Shown piece after piece: positions 1 to 9,654 of a DNA stretch of 23,487 bases; the first letter of the stretch is position 1; every line of letters begins with the position of its first letter. A program made the position numbers and the translations under genes. A model generated the notes under the pieces. It saw only the letters and a list, made by a program, of their open reading frames with translations, was not told where the DNA came from and did no database searches. Origin of the DNA: an uncultured archaeon (lineage in GTDB: Archaea > Asgardarchaeota > Heimdallarchaeia > Heimdallarchaeales > Heimdallarchaeaceae); contig CAZHRF010000045.1 of assembly GCA_964534625.1 (NCBI GenBank), positions 1 to 23,487 on the forward strand, in the 5' to 3' direction.

Positions 1-46
1 ATAGAATATAATTTAAAAAGGCATACCAAAACTTCTTTTTGGTAAG

Positions 47-1417
47 ATGAAAAAGTATTATCTTTTAGATGAAAAAAAAGCATCAACAGCTATTAAAAAT
101 CGTCAATTAACTGTTACTGTCATAGGGCAAGGAAAAATGGGTCTCCCTCTTTCTGTTGTCTTTCTTGATGCAGGCTATCAAGTAATTGGTGTTGATATTG
201 ATCCTTTGGTAGTTGATGCTATAAATAAAGGTGATCCGCCTATTTTAAGTGAACCAGGTGTTATTGAGGGGATTAAAAAGGGATTAGAAAAAGAGAATTA
301 TTATTGTACGCTCTCTCTTGAAGAATCTGTCAAACGAGCTGATATACTTGTTATTATCATTCCCGTTCTATTAGATTCGTACAAAAACCCTAATTTATCT
401 CCATTAGTAAAATTAATGCAGTCTATTGGAACATATTTACAAGGTGGAGAATTGGTTATTATTGAATGTACCCTTCCCCCTACTACCACAAATGATTTGA
501 TGAAAAATTGTCTAGAGTCAACTTCTGATTTGCAAGCTGGAGTTGATTTTGGTTTGGGTTTTGCCCCTGAACGTACATATAGTGGTCGAGCTATTCAAGA
601 TATCCGTTCTAATTACCCTAAGATTGTAGGAGGTATTAATTCTAAATCTACTAAATATATTTCTTTATTTTATGCTTCTCTCGTCGAAAAAGGAGTTATC
701 GAAATGAGTTCAGCCACAGCAGCTGAAGCGGTAAAAATTTTCAAGGGAGTATATAGAGACACTAATATTGCTTTAGCGAATGAATTGGCTAAAATAGCTG
801 AAAAATTAGATATAAATGTTTATGAAATAATAGACGCTGCTAATAGTGAACCATTCTGCCATATTCATTTACCTGGTGCAGGTGTTGGCGGTCATTGTAT
901 TCCTGTTTATCCTCAATTTTTAATAGACATAGCCGATAAGATCGGAGTTTCAAGTGATTTAATTAAGAGAGGGAGAGAGATCAACAGTAAAATGCCTATG
1001 CATGTCATCAATCGGATAATACAAGGTTTGAACCAAGAATCAAAGAGTGTAAAAGGAGCAAAAATAGCTTTATTGGGACTAACATATCGAGGAAATGTTA
1101 AGGAACACCGTTACACTCCAACATTAGACCTGATAAAATATCTAAAAGAGTATGAACCTGCAATAGTCTTGACTGATCCATTATATGAAAAAGAAGAAAT
1201 CAAACAACTAATTGATGTTCCCTTTGAAAAAGAGTTAGATAAGGCTTTGAAAGAAGCAGATTGTGTTATTATCCTTGCAGACCACGATGAATACAAAGAG
1301 GGGTTAGTAGAGAAAATCGAACAGAACGGTAAAAATCCCGTTATTGTAATCGATACCAAGAATCTGGTTAAAGCCTCCAAAATTAAAAATGGTAAGGTAA
1401 TTGGAATTGGAAAATAA
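47..1417 (+). CDS. UDP-N-acetyl-D-mannosamine/UDP-hexose dehydrogenase family (WecC-like nucleotide-sugar dehydrogenase)
   Basis: Rossmann GQGKMG, APER, K..YRDTNIALANE and catalytic GVGGHCIP motifs; C-terminal UDP-binding domain (LLGLTYRGNV). Confidence 0.9.
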   Translation: MKKYYLLDEKKASTAIKNRQLTVTVIGQGKMGLPLSVVFLDAGYQVIGVDIDPLVVDAINKGDPPILSEPGVIEGIKKGLEKENYYCTLSLEESVKRADILVIIIPVLLDSYKNPNLSPLVKLMQSIGTYLQGGELVIIECTLPPTTTNDLMKNCLESTSDLQAGVDFGLGFAPERTYSGRAIQDIRSNYPKIVGGINSKSTKYISLFYASLVEKGVIEMSSATAAEAVKIFKGVYRDTNIALANELAKIAEKLDINVYEIIDAANSEPFCHIHLPGAGVGGHCIPVYPQFLIDIADKIGVSSDLIKRGREINSKMPMHVINRIIQGLNQESKSVKGAKIALLGLTYRGNVKEHRYTPTLDLIKYLKEYEPAIVLTDPLYEKEEIKQLIDVPFEKELDKALKEADCVIILADHDEYKEGLVEKIEQNGKNPVIVIDTKNLVKASKIKNGKVIGIGK

Positions 1418-1568
1418 ATTATATCAATCAAATCCTAGCATTAGATAATCCATATTACAATTGATGCTGGAAACACAAGTACCACTAGATTATTTGCAGT
1501 AGAAGTATCTAAAAACTCTTTGAGTAGAATTTAATCTGAAAAAGTTGTAGACTTTGGTCTATAAACGA

Positions 1569-2756
1569 TCATTCCTTTTTTGTATTAACGTTACTAGTCT
1601 GATATTGAAGTATATCAATCACATATTGCAGTGGAAATATAATAAGGAGCAAATAGAACAAAAAGACTGTTATCCACATAATGATAGCAAAGACAAGATG
1701 GCTAGTATCTGAAATAAGATATTTGGCTGCTGTCCCTGCTGTGATACTAAAAAAATAGAACAAGAAATAATAGCATTTCTTAATAATTCCTTGCTGTAAG
1801 AAGAATGCACTAAATAGAAAAGGATAGAGCAAAATGATATACGAGAGTTGGTATTTCGGGTAAAGGAGAAGGTAGACAGAAAAAATCATACCGGTATATT
1901 CAAGTTTCCATTTAGATCTATTTTGAAAAAGATAAAAACCTGCTAGTCCAACTCCTATAACGGTCAAGATGTAAAATAAGAATGTATCAGGAACATTAAC
2001 TATTGTTTTTTGATCTATCAATGTTAATAAGCCTTGATTACCTTGTTCTTCAATAGGATATTTTTTGAAATAGAGGTATTCTTGAGGGGCTATAATGTAA
2101 AAAGGCAATTCAATTGTAAATAAGACTATGAAATATTGTAGTGTGTGAAGAATTATTTCTCTTTTATTGGTTGGATAGATCCAAATTAATGGTCCCATAA
2201 ATATTGTCCAAAACTTAATTGAAGTAAATAAGACCATGAAAAAGACAGCCCATCCATTGTGATTTTTTTCAAATAAATAGAGTACAACTAAAATGAAAAA
2301 AACAATCATGCACTCATCTGAGCCCCAAAAAGTAACCAACCAGAGGGAAAAAGGATTAATAGCATAGAATAAAGAAATAAGATAGGCTTTTCGCTTATGA
2401 TGGGCTTTTTTAATTCTATATAGAAGGAGAGCAGAAAGTATTAAGCAGAAAGAAAAAAAGACTCTAGTCGTATAACTAAAAACAAACGAAAAATTGAATA
2501 AACCAAATAACTCTCCTAGAACAAGTAAAAATGCCCAAACCAACCCACTTAAAGTGGCAGCATGGTTATTGAAAGAAAGATAGGGTAATTTAAAGTTAAG
2601 CCATCCTTGGCCTCTGATGATAAATTTACTCTGATCAGCGATAGAATAACTATAATCAAGGTATCCATAGGTAATTACGAGAAAATGGACTAACAAAGCA
2701 ATACTGTATATTAAACTTGATATCAACGCAATTTTATGTTCGTCTTTAAAACGCAT
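1569..2756 (-). CDS. Polytopic membrane protein, GT-C-fold glycosyltransferase-like (GT87/DUF2029-like)
   Basis: About 10 hydrophobic segments; Asp in first loop followed by LPY; NPF...WGSDE; conserved-looking K (SIKFW) and late P-x-Y; lies next to a nucleotide-sugar dehydrogenase. Confidence 0.55.
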   Translation of the reverse strand: MRFKDEHKIALISSLIYSIALLVHFLVITYGYLDYSYSIADQSKFIIRGQGWLNFKLPYLSFNNHAATLSGLVWAFLLVLGELFGLFNFSFVFSYTTRVFFSFCLILSALLLYRIKKAHHKRKAYLISLFYAINPFSLWLVTFWGSDECMIVFFILVVLYLFEKNHNGWAVFFMVLFTSIKFWTIFMGPLIWIYPTNKREIILHTLQYFIVLFTIELPFYIIAPQEYLYFKKYPIEEQGNQGLLTLIDQKTIVNVPDTFLFYILTVIGVGLAGFYLFQNRSKWKLEYTGMIFSVYLLLYPKYQLSYIILLYPFLFSAFFLQQGIIKKCYYFLFYFFSITAGTAAKYLISDTSHLVFAIIMWITVFLFYLLLIIFPLQYVIDILQYQTSNVNTKKE

Positions 2757-2771
2757 GGTTTGTCACTCAAC

Positions 2772-3593
2772 TTAAACTATCGTTCTTTCTTCTTTCTGTA
2801 TCACTAATCCAAAGCGCTTTCTTGTTCCAGCTTTGATTACAAAATATTCTATGGATAGATTGGGGAACTCATTAATCATTTTATCTATTTGTTTTTTGTT
2901 CATAAGCAAAATGGTAATGACATCGAAGTGTATACCTTTTGTATTAAGGGCTTCACGTATCAATCTTCGAGTAAAATCAAGTCCGTCTTTCCCTCCACCT
3001 ATTAATTCACTCTTTTTTCCTTTCCACCCTTTGATTTTCCATAGTTTGGTTGGATCATCGGGATATATGGGTGGATAACATACTAATCCTGCATATTTTC
3101 CTGAAGGTATAATACTTTCGATTACCTGTCCTTCTGACTTTTTAAGGATGATATATTTGTCTAAATTGTTTTTAGAAATATTATTCTTAGCTTGTTTAAA
3201 AGAGGAAGAATTGATTTCTGTTGCTATAATCTCTCTCTGGTATTTTTTTGCTAAGATCATTGCTAAGGCAGATGTTGCACCTGTACCTATTTCAACAAGT
3301 TTGTTATCACTATTAATTAATTTCATTAATAATTCAGCATAAACAATTCTTATACTGGCTGAGGGGATAAGATAATCAGATGATATAGTTATATCCAATC
3401 CCACTAGATCTTTGAATAAGTATCTATTAATTTCAGATAAAGTTCGAGGATCACCTAAATCGAATTTGAAGGGATCTTTAGAAATCAAATATTGCTCTAA
3501 GGTGAGATGGTCTTTGTACAGATCAGAAAATTTTTTCCCATAAAGTTTAGAATCTATCTCGAACAAAGGAGGTGTCTTTTGTTTTCTTTTCAC
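2772..3593 (-). CDS. RlmF/METTL16-related SAM-dependent methyltransferase
   Basis: N-terminal D(L)xDP...INRYL...YLIP segment, motif I EIGTGA, ATEIN, motif IV-like CYPPIY, ELIGGG; GTG start. Confidence 0.75.
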   Translation of the reverse strand: MKRKQKTPPLFEIDSKLYGKKFSDLYKDHLTLEQYLISKDPFKFDLGDPRTLSEINRYLFKDLVGLDITISSDYLIPSASIRIVYAELLMKLINSDNKLVEIGTGATSALAMILAKKYQREIIATEINSSSFKQAKNNISKNNLDKYIILKKSEGQVIESIIPSGKYAGLVCYPPIYPDDPTKLWKIKGWKGKKSELIGGGKDGLDFTRRLIREALNTKGIHFDVITILLMNKKQIDKMINEFPNLSIEYFVIKAGTRKRFGLVIQKEERTIV

Positions 3594-3774
3594 AATTCTT
3601 CTTCTTTTTGATTTTTATTAAATTTGGTGTTTGCTTAAAGATTGTACATAAATAATTGAATATTGTTTTCTTAACCTAAACCTAACCTATTAAAGTAATA
3701 TCGTGAAACGTTGACATCAACAACAAATAAAGTAGAACAAAAAGATAAAATAGAACGGATATTATAGTTTCTTG

Positions 3775-4275
3775 ATGGTTTCTAACTTTAGCTGGGTGAT
3801 TAAAAACCAATTAGCTGGTTGTGATCTCCCACAAACTAATGAAGATTTTCAAATGTTGTATGATAAAGGGGTCAGGGCAATTGTCTCATTAACTGGAAGC
3901 GCTCCCTCTTCACCTTTAGTTGAAAAATTGTTCATTGATCATATTCATATTCCAATTATTGATTGGGGTATACCTACTAATGAAGGATCTATTTTCCGTT
4001 TCATTCACTTTATTGAGAAACACCTCCCTTCTAATCCTGTTGTAGTTCATTGTTTCGCAGGTATTGGTCGTACCGGTCTGATGCTTGCAGTTTATTTTAT
4101 CTGGTTTGAAGATATGTCTGGCGAAGAAGCTATTGATCATGTTCGTAATATGCGGTATCCTTCGATAGAATCTGCAGAACAAGAATCTTTCTTAATAGAC
4201 TTAGCCGATGCTATTGATAAATGGAAAGAAAGTTATGCTCATTATTTGAAAGAATTAGCAAATAGCAAACAATGA
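3775..4275 (+). CDS. Dual-specificity protein phosphatase (DUSP23-like)
   Basis: NFSWV..LAG, acid loop IIDWGIP, P-loop HCFAGIGRTG, R.PSIESAEQE; ATG at 3775 preferred to TTG at 3772. Confidence 0.9.
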   Translation: MVSNFSWVIKNQLAGCDLPQTNEDFQMLYDKGVRAIVSLTGSAPSSPLVEKLFIDHIHIPIIDWGIPTNEGSIFRFIHFIEKHLPSNPVVVHCFAGIGRTGLMLAVYFIWFEDMSGEEAIDHVRNMRYPSIESAEQESFLIDLADAIDKWKESYAHYLKELANSKQ

Positions 4276-4507
4276 ATGAAATCTTTTTGATAGGTAGCTT
4301 TTCTTATAATACTCTAACAAGTGATGTTTCAGTTTCCCATATTTTTTTATCAGCTTAGAACTTTTTGAAGGTAATTGAAGCCTATTATAGTTAAATTATT
4401 CTGAAAATTCATGCCTACTGACATTTGAATACCCCCCTAAATAAAATATACTTTTTTGTTATAAAACTCCAGACGAACATTATCACATAATTAATACAAA
4501 TGATTGC

Positions 4508-5383
4508 TCAGCCATTTAATATCCATACTTGTATAAGAGTAAATACTCCTAAAAACACTGTAAACAGACCGACGAGAGGACGTAATTTACATACATTTAG
4601 TTTTTTGACTGTTAATACTGAAAAGGGAACAGAAAATATCGCCCCAAGAAACAATGTCAATATTAACCACCAATCGCCTATTCTCATCCCTCCAATGATA
4701 TAAGTTATTAATGCTGTTAGACTGACCACTCCTTCTGAAAAAGCTGTTACTGCAATTGCCCCTCGAGGATTGCGATCAGTAATTAATTGACCAGATGTAA
4801 CTAATGGTCCATACCCCCCACCTGATACGCCTTTATTGAATGCGGCTAAGCCTCCTACAAACCATACTTTCCACCATTTGAATTTCCAAGTGATCTTAAA
4901 AAGGACAAACAGTCCCACGCAAGAAACAATTACACCAATATATGTTTTAACAATTTTTTCATTGAAACTTAATGCAACAACTACAGAGATAATTGCACCA
5001 ATAAAACCACAGAAGGATAAAACTAGAACACTTTTCATGTCTGCTGTTAATGGTAAAAAGGTAAATTTCTTTGACTTATTATCTGTACTCGAATTAACAT
5101 TTCTTTCGGAAGGAGTATGGTGATTTTTTTCATAAAATTTGGCATTCCCTACAACATTATGTAATCCAGCAGCAAAAAAACCAGTTACTGTTTCTGTAAT
5201 AAGAACATAAAAAACAATAATAGCTGGGTCAAGTTTAATGGGGGTTAAGTTATATGTAGCAATAATAAGCAGTAAAGGAACAATAATAGTACCATACCCT
5301 CCTCCCATTGAGGAGTTGATGTACTCACATATCATTGCCAATATACCTATTATTATATATGCCCACACAACATTTTGTATCAT
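4508..5383 (-). CDS. TauE/SafE (TSUP) family sulfite/sulfur-oxyanion transporter, paralogue 1
   Basis: Repeated GGGYG motifs (SSMGGGYGT, GVSGGGYGP), about 8 TM helices. The GTG at 5392 lies inside an AGGTGA RBS, so ATG 5383 is the more likely start. Confidence 0.85.
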   Translation of the reverse strand: MIQNVVWAYIIIGILAMICEYINSSMGGGYGTIIVPLLLIIATYNLTPIKLDPAIIVFYVLITETVTGFFAAGLHNVVGNAKFYEKNHHTPSERNVNSSTDNKSKKFTFLPLTADMKSVLVLSFCGFIGAIISVVVALSFNEKIVKTYIGVIVSCVGLFVLFKITWKFKWWKVWFVGGLAAFNKGVSGGGYGPLVTSGQLITDRNPRGAIAVTAFSEGVVSLTALITYIIGGMRIGDWWLILTLFLGAIFSVPFSVLTVKKLNVCKLRPLVGLFTVFLGVFTLIQVWILNG

Positions 5384-5613
5384 CGTCTTCACCTAAGAGA
5401 TTAAAATACGTTCTATTTGATTTGACATTTAAACTTATTCATAAATATATTTGTTCTACTCCAAAGTATACCCACTTATGATATAAGTTAAGGTAGCAAA
5501 CATTGCGCCCTAGCAAATACCAATAGTAAAGCCTAGCATGTAAAATAATTGACAAGAGAAAAAGAAAAAATAAACTTTTAAAAACAAATGGAAAGAGATA
5601 TAGATAGATAGCA

Positions 5614-6540
5614 TTAGATTACGAAAAGTTGTAAGATCGTAAATAGACCAAGAAGTAACGTTACTGCGCCAACTGCTGGTTGCAACAGTTTTATATCAAT
5701 TGTTCGGACTGAAATAACAGCAAAGGGTATAGAAGCTATTGTTCCAATGAACAATGCAAGGAATAACCACCAATCAATAACAATTATACCACTTCCAATG
5801 TATACAATAACTGCAGCTATAGACACTATGCCTTCAGATAGTGAAGTATTAGCAACTGCTTCGCGTGGATTACGATCTGCTATTATCTGTCCTGAAGTAA
5901 TTAATGGTCCATATCCTCCTCCACTCATCCCTTTGTTAAAAGCAGATATAAATCCTAATATCCAAATCTTCCACCATTGAAATGTCCACTTAAACTTGAG
6001 CAATACAATAATACCACAAAGTGTTACCAACGAGCCTATATATGTTTTGACATATATTTCGGGTATATTCAGAGCAAGAAGTGCAGCAAATATTGAGCCT
6101 ATTATTCCACACACTGACAGTATAAGAGCTGTTTTCATATCCTGTGTGATAATAATTGATTTATCTTTTACAGTTACCATTGTTCCCCCATTCTCTGTTT
6201 TTTTAAAACGGTTTTGAATGGTATTTTGATTAAGATTTTCTTTGTCTTCGACTTGAGTTGTATTTACTTTTTTCGCGTCATTTTTCTCAAAGAAACTGAC
6301 ATTTCCGCCCATGTGATGCCCTGCTGCTGCCAAAAAACCTGTCACAGTTTCAGTGATTAAAACATAAAAGACAACTGCAGAAGCTGGAGACTGTATGGGC
6401 AATAAATCATAACTTAATATTATCATTAAAACAGGAACGAGGATCGTTCCATAACCTGCGCCTAAAGTTGAATCTATAAACTCACACATCAAAGCTATAA
6501 TACCTATTCCTGCATAGATCAATATTAAACTTGTTTCCAT
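5614..6540 (-). CDS. TauE/SafE (TSUP) family transporter, paralogue 2
   Basis: STLGAGYGT and GMSGGGYGP motifs; clear similarity to neighbour (VFYVLITETVTGF, AFNKG.SGGGYGP, DRNPR). Start moved to ATG 6540, which has GGTGTG upstream. Confidence 0.85.
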   Translation of the reverse strand: METSLILIYAGIGIIALMCEFIDSTLGAGYGTILVPVLMIILSYDLLPIQSPASAVVFYVLITETVTGFLAAAGHHMGGNVSFFEKNDAKKVNTTQVEDKENLNQNTIQNRFKKTENGGTMVTVKDKSIIITQDMKTALILSVCGIIGSIFAALLALNIPEIYVKTYIGSLVTLCGIIVLLKFKWTFQWWKIWILGFISAFNKGMSGGGYGPLITSGQIIADRNPREAVANTSLSEGIVSIAAVIVYIGSGIIVIDWWLFLALFIGTIASIPFAVISVRTIDIKLLQPAVGAVTLLLGLFTILQLFVI

Positions 6541-6699
6541 TAATACACACCAATATCTTTTGGTTTTAATTTTATATAGTTCATATAAATATTGTGTTAA
6601 ACCAAACATATTTGGCGTCAATATATGGTAGTCTTACATTGTTCTTTTTTTGTATATGTGGTGTTGGTGTCCAATACTGAGCTTCCTTACAAACCAAAG

Positions 6700-6720
6700 A
6701 CAATATATATTGTTTTTATA
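6700..6720 (+). promoter_or_regulatory. Perfect 14-bp palindrome ACAATATATATTGT abutting a TTTTATA box upstream of the AbrB-like gene
   Basis: Palindrome at 6700-6713, TTTTATA at 6714-6720, about 35 nt before ATG 6756, within a divergent promoter region. Confidence 0.4.
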
Positions 6721-6755
6721 CCAATACTTATTAACTTCACATACAATTTCCATCT

Positions 6756-6953
6756 ATGACTACTATTGATATTGATGAAGTCGAGTTTATTAGTGAAACA
6801 ACTCTAACAATTAGAGACAGTCGTCGCAGGACTACTGTGCCTAAAGAAATTGTTGAAAGTCTTGACTTTAAAGATGGAGATCGTCTTCGTTGGATTCTTT
6901 TTCATGACAAATCGATTATGGTAACAAAAGTTCAAAAAAAGATCAATAAATAA
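6756..6953 (+). CDS. AbrB/MazE/SpoVT-family DNA-binding protein
   Basis: 65 aa with RRTTVPKEIVESLDFKDGDRLRW swapped-hairpin signature. Confidence 0.75.
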   Translation: MTTIDIDEVEFISETTLTIRDSRRRTTVPKEIVESLDFKDGDRLRWILFHDKSIMVTKVQKKINK

Positions 6954-6995
6954 TTACAAACTTACTTCACTATTCAAAATTAATGGAAGATTATT

Positions 6996-7799
6996 ATGAA
7001 TTACAAATACTATTCAATTTTAAAGCCCCTCGTTGTTACTGGTGGTCTACTTCTCAAGTCTCATCAAGGTAAAGTTAGAAATATACCTAAAAAAAGTGAC
7101 CTCCCTGATTCAAAAGTAATGGAAAGTTCTACTGCCCATACTATTGTCGATGATATAGTACAAGATGTTGTATTAGAAAATTTATACAGTCACTTTCCTG
7201 ATATTTCGCTAAATGCAGAAGAAGAGACAGAAAGAGTGACATGGTTTAATACGGATAAAACAAAACGCTGTTTTCATTTAGATCCTCTTGATGGTACATT
7301 GGCTTATATCAAAAATCGTCAAGATTATGCTATTGGCGCTGCCATTTCCGATAATTTAACCTTTATTGCTAGTGCCATTTATTTTCCTGCCCAAGATAGA
7401 CTATTTTATGCAGAGAAAGATCGAGGATATGCCGTTTTTAACGCACTAGGAAAAGAATTACCTTTTACTCGTCCAGCAGAGCCTGATAGTACTTATGTAC
7501 AAAAAAGATGTGACGAGTATATCTACATCTTGGAAAAATTAGGTCTCTCTAAATTTGATAGCATGAGTGCATATTACACTATGATTTCTATTATGGAAGG
7601 CAAAGCAACTATGCAAATGTATCACATGGCTTCTTCTCACGATTTTGGTATACCCAGTGTTATTCTTGAAGAAGCAGGAGGAGTTTGTTGTGATTTGAAA
7701 GGAGATGATATTGAGTATGATAAAGAGTTTAATCGCGTTCCTTATTTCTTGGCTTTCTTTGATGAACATGCGAAAGATGAGTTTTTTAAATCTGTTTAG
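6996..7799 (+). CDS. Inositol monophosphatase family phosphatase, probable CysQ-like PAP/PAPS 3'-phosphatase
   Basis: TIVD, AEEE, DPLDGT, HD...ILEEAGG motifs; substrate inferred from adjacency to sat-cysC. Confidence 0.8.
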   Translation: MNYKYYSILKPLVVTGGLLLKSHQGKVRNIPKKSDLPDSKVMESSTAHTIVDDIVQDVVLENLYSHFPDISLNAEEETERVTWFNTDKTKRCFHLDPLDGTLAYIKNRQDYAIGAAISDNLTFIASAIYFPAQDRLFYAEKDRGYAVFNALGKELPFTRPAEPDSTYVQKRCDEYIYILEKLGLSKFDSMSAYYTMISIMEGKATMQMYHMASSHDFGIPSVILEEAGGVCCDLKGDDIEYDKEFNRVPYFLAFFDEHAKDEFFKSV

Positions 7800-7849
7800 A
7801 TTATTATAAAGATAAACTTTAAGCAACAGAAAAATTAACAAAGAAATAG

Positions 7850-7872
7850 AAAAAAGGAAGATTTTTCTTCCT
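7850..7872 (-). terminator. Hairpin plus T-run terminator downstream of sat-cysC
   Basis: AGGAAGA-tttt-TCTTCCT (7855-7872), followed on the minus strand by a T-run; lies between convergent genes. Confidence 0.5.
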
Positions 7873-7899
7873 AATTATATTTTATACTATATGAACACG

Positions 7900-9654
7900 T
7901 TATTTATCATGTGTATGTGTTTTTTGAATGTAGCCATAGTCTGCCAATACATCTAATACTTTCTGAACGCTTTCTTCTACTGTTTCTTTATTGGTTTCGC
8001 ATACTAGTTCTGGGTTAACTGGTTCTTCGTAGGGGTCACTTATACCTGTAAAATTCTTAATTATTCCCGCTTTTGCTTTATCATATAGTCCTTTTACATC
8101 TCTTTGTTCACATACTTCTATTGGTGCTTTAACATATACTTCAATGAAATTCCCAATTAATTGCCTTATCTCTTCTCTTATTGCCATATAAGGGGCGATA
8201 TTTGCCATTGTGACAATTACATTATTTCTTGTGAGCATATGAGCCAAGAACCCTACTCTACGGATATTCTTATCTCTATCTTCTTTTGTGAACCCTAAAT
8301 CTTTGGTTAAATGCTGTCTTACTACATCACCATCTAATCTTTCATTCGTATATCCACGTTTTGTTAACTCTTGATGCAAACGTTTTGCAATTGTAGTTTT
8401 TCCTGATCCACTTAAACCTGTTAAGAGAATTGTTACACCTTTTTGTTGGGGACCAATACCTCTTCCATTGTATGAATCATTAAGTATTAAAGCAACTTCT
8501 GGTCTTGAAAATTCTCTAGGTAACATTTTTCCTTCTGTGAGCATTTCTCTCACTTTTGTTCCAGAAAGATATACGTGGGCCTGATTCCCATGTGGGCATG
8601 TTTTTCTTGTTGACATCTGCTCACATATTTTACAGTAAAATGCGTGTTCAAATTTGAATGGTTTAATCCTTAATTCTTCTTCAGTAAAATTATCAAAAAT
8701 ATCTTGTGCATCGTATGTGCCATAGTAATTACCTACACCAGCATGATCTCTACCAACGATGAAATGCGTACAGCCATAATTTTGTCTGGCTATAGCATGC
8801 ATAATAGCTTCTCTAGGTCCAGCATATCTCATAGCTGCAGGAAAAACACCTAAGAAATATCTTCCCTCAGGATAATATGAATTAAGTATCACTCTATATG
8901 TTTCCATTCGCACATTAGAGGGAACATCATCAGCTTTTGTTGCCCCTACTAGTGGATTAACAAACAAACCATCTACTGACTCTAAGGCTACTTTTTGTAA
9001 ATACTCGTGTGCTCTATGAATTGGATTACGTGTTTGAAATGCAACAATAGATCTCCATTCTTTTTGTGCAAACTTTTGTCTTGTTTCAGCGGGAGTGAAC
9101 CTATGTTCTTCAAACTCTCTCTCTGGTAGGTCGTCAATTAGAACTATATCTCCTCCCAGATAAACATTTCCTTGTGCATAAAGGGCTTTTACTCCTGGAT
9201 GCGCACTATCGTCTGTGTTGAATACCTTTACTGCTTCATTCTTTTTATCAGGCCTATAGATGTCCTCTATTTTCATGATTCCAGCATAGGTTCCTTTCCA
9301 CATTAAGGCTATTTCATCATCTTCTTTTACTTTAGAAGCAAAATCATCTCCAGTTTGTAGGGTGACAGGTATTGGCCATACAGTTCCGTTGGTTAGGCGC
9401 ATAGTATCTACAACAGAATTATATTCCGCTTCATTCATAAAACCAGTTAGGGGAGAATAAATCCCTGTTGCTATACATTCGAGATCAGCAAAACCTCTTT
9501 CATCTAAATTAAATTTTATAAGAGATTTGGCTTTCTCTACGAGTTCAAATTTCTTTTCTTCATTTCTTTCAACAAGATCAATAAGTTTACCACCATGAGG
9601 TGGGATCAAATTAGTTTTCGTACTATTCGTTTTAATTTCGTCTTTTGCATTCAT
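7900..9654 (-). CDS. sat: Bifunctional sulfate adenylyltransferase / adenylylsulfate kinase (Sat-CysC fusion)
   Basis: PPHGG, FQTRNPIHRAHEY, GPREA, GRDHAG, Zn motif CKIC...CPH; C-terminal APS kinase with GLSGSGKTT, LDGDVVR, RDVKGLY, FTGISDPYE. Confidence 0.96.
   Translation of the reverse strand: MNAKDEIKTNSTKTNLIPPHGGKLIDLVERNEEKKFELVEKAKSLIKFNLDERGFADLECIATGIYSPLTGFMNEAEYNSVVDTMRLTNGTVWPIPVTLQTGDDFASKVKEDDEIALMWKGTYAGIMKIEDIYRPDKKNEAVKVFNTDDSAHPGVKALYAQGNVYLGGDIVLIDDLPEREFEEHRFTPAETRQKFAQKEWRSIVAFQTRNPIHRAHEYLQKVALESVDGLFVNPLVGATKADDVPSNVRMETYRVILNSYYPEGRYFLGVFPAAMRYAGPREAIMHAIARQNYGCTHFIVGRDHAGVGNYYGTYDAQDIFDNFTEEELRIKPFKFEHAFYCKICEQMSTRKTCPHGNQAHVYLSGTKVREMLTEGKMLPREFSRPEVALILNDSYNGRGIGPQQKGVTILLTGLSGSGKTTIAKRLHQELTKRGYTNERLDGDVVRQHLTKDLGFTKEDRDKNIRRVGFLAHMLTRNNVIVTMANIAPYMAIREEIRQLIGNFIEVYVKAPIEVCEQRDVKGLYDKAKAGIIKNFTGISDPYEEPVNPELVCETNKETVEESVQKVLDVLADYGYIQKTHTHDK

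Noticed and set aside
1441-1530. Short minus-strand hydrophobic reading frame (ILLKEFLDTSTANNLVVLVFPASIVIWII) that might be a membrane-gene remnant
   Set aside because: Bounded by stops, no start codon, and resemblance to the neighbouring gene's C-terminus is too weak.
6756-7799. Type II toxin-antitoxin pair
   Set aside because: The downstream gene is an IMPase-family phosphatase, not a PIN/MazF toxin.
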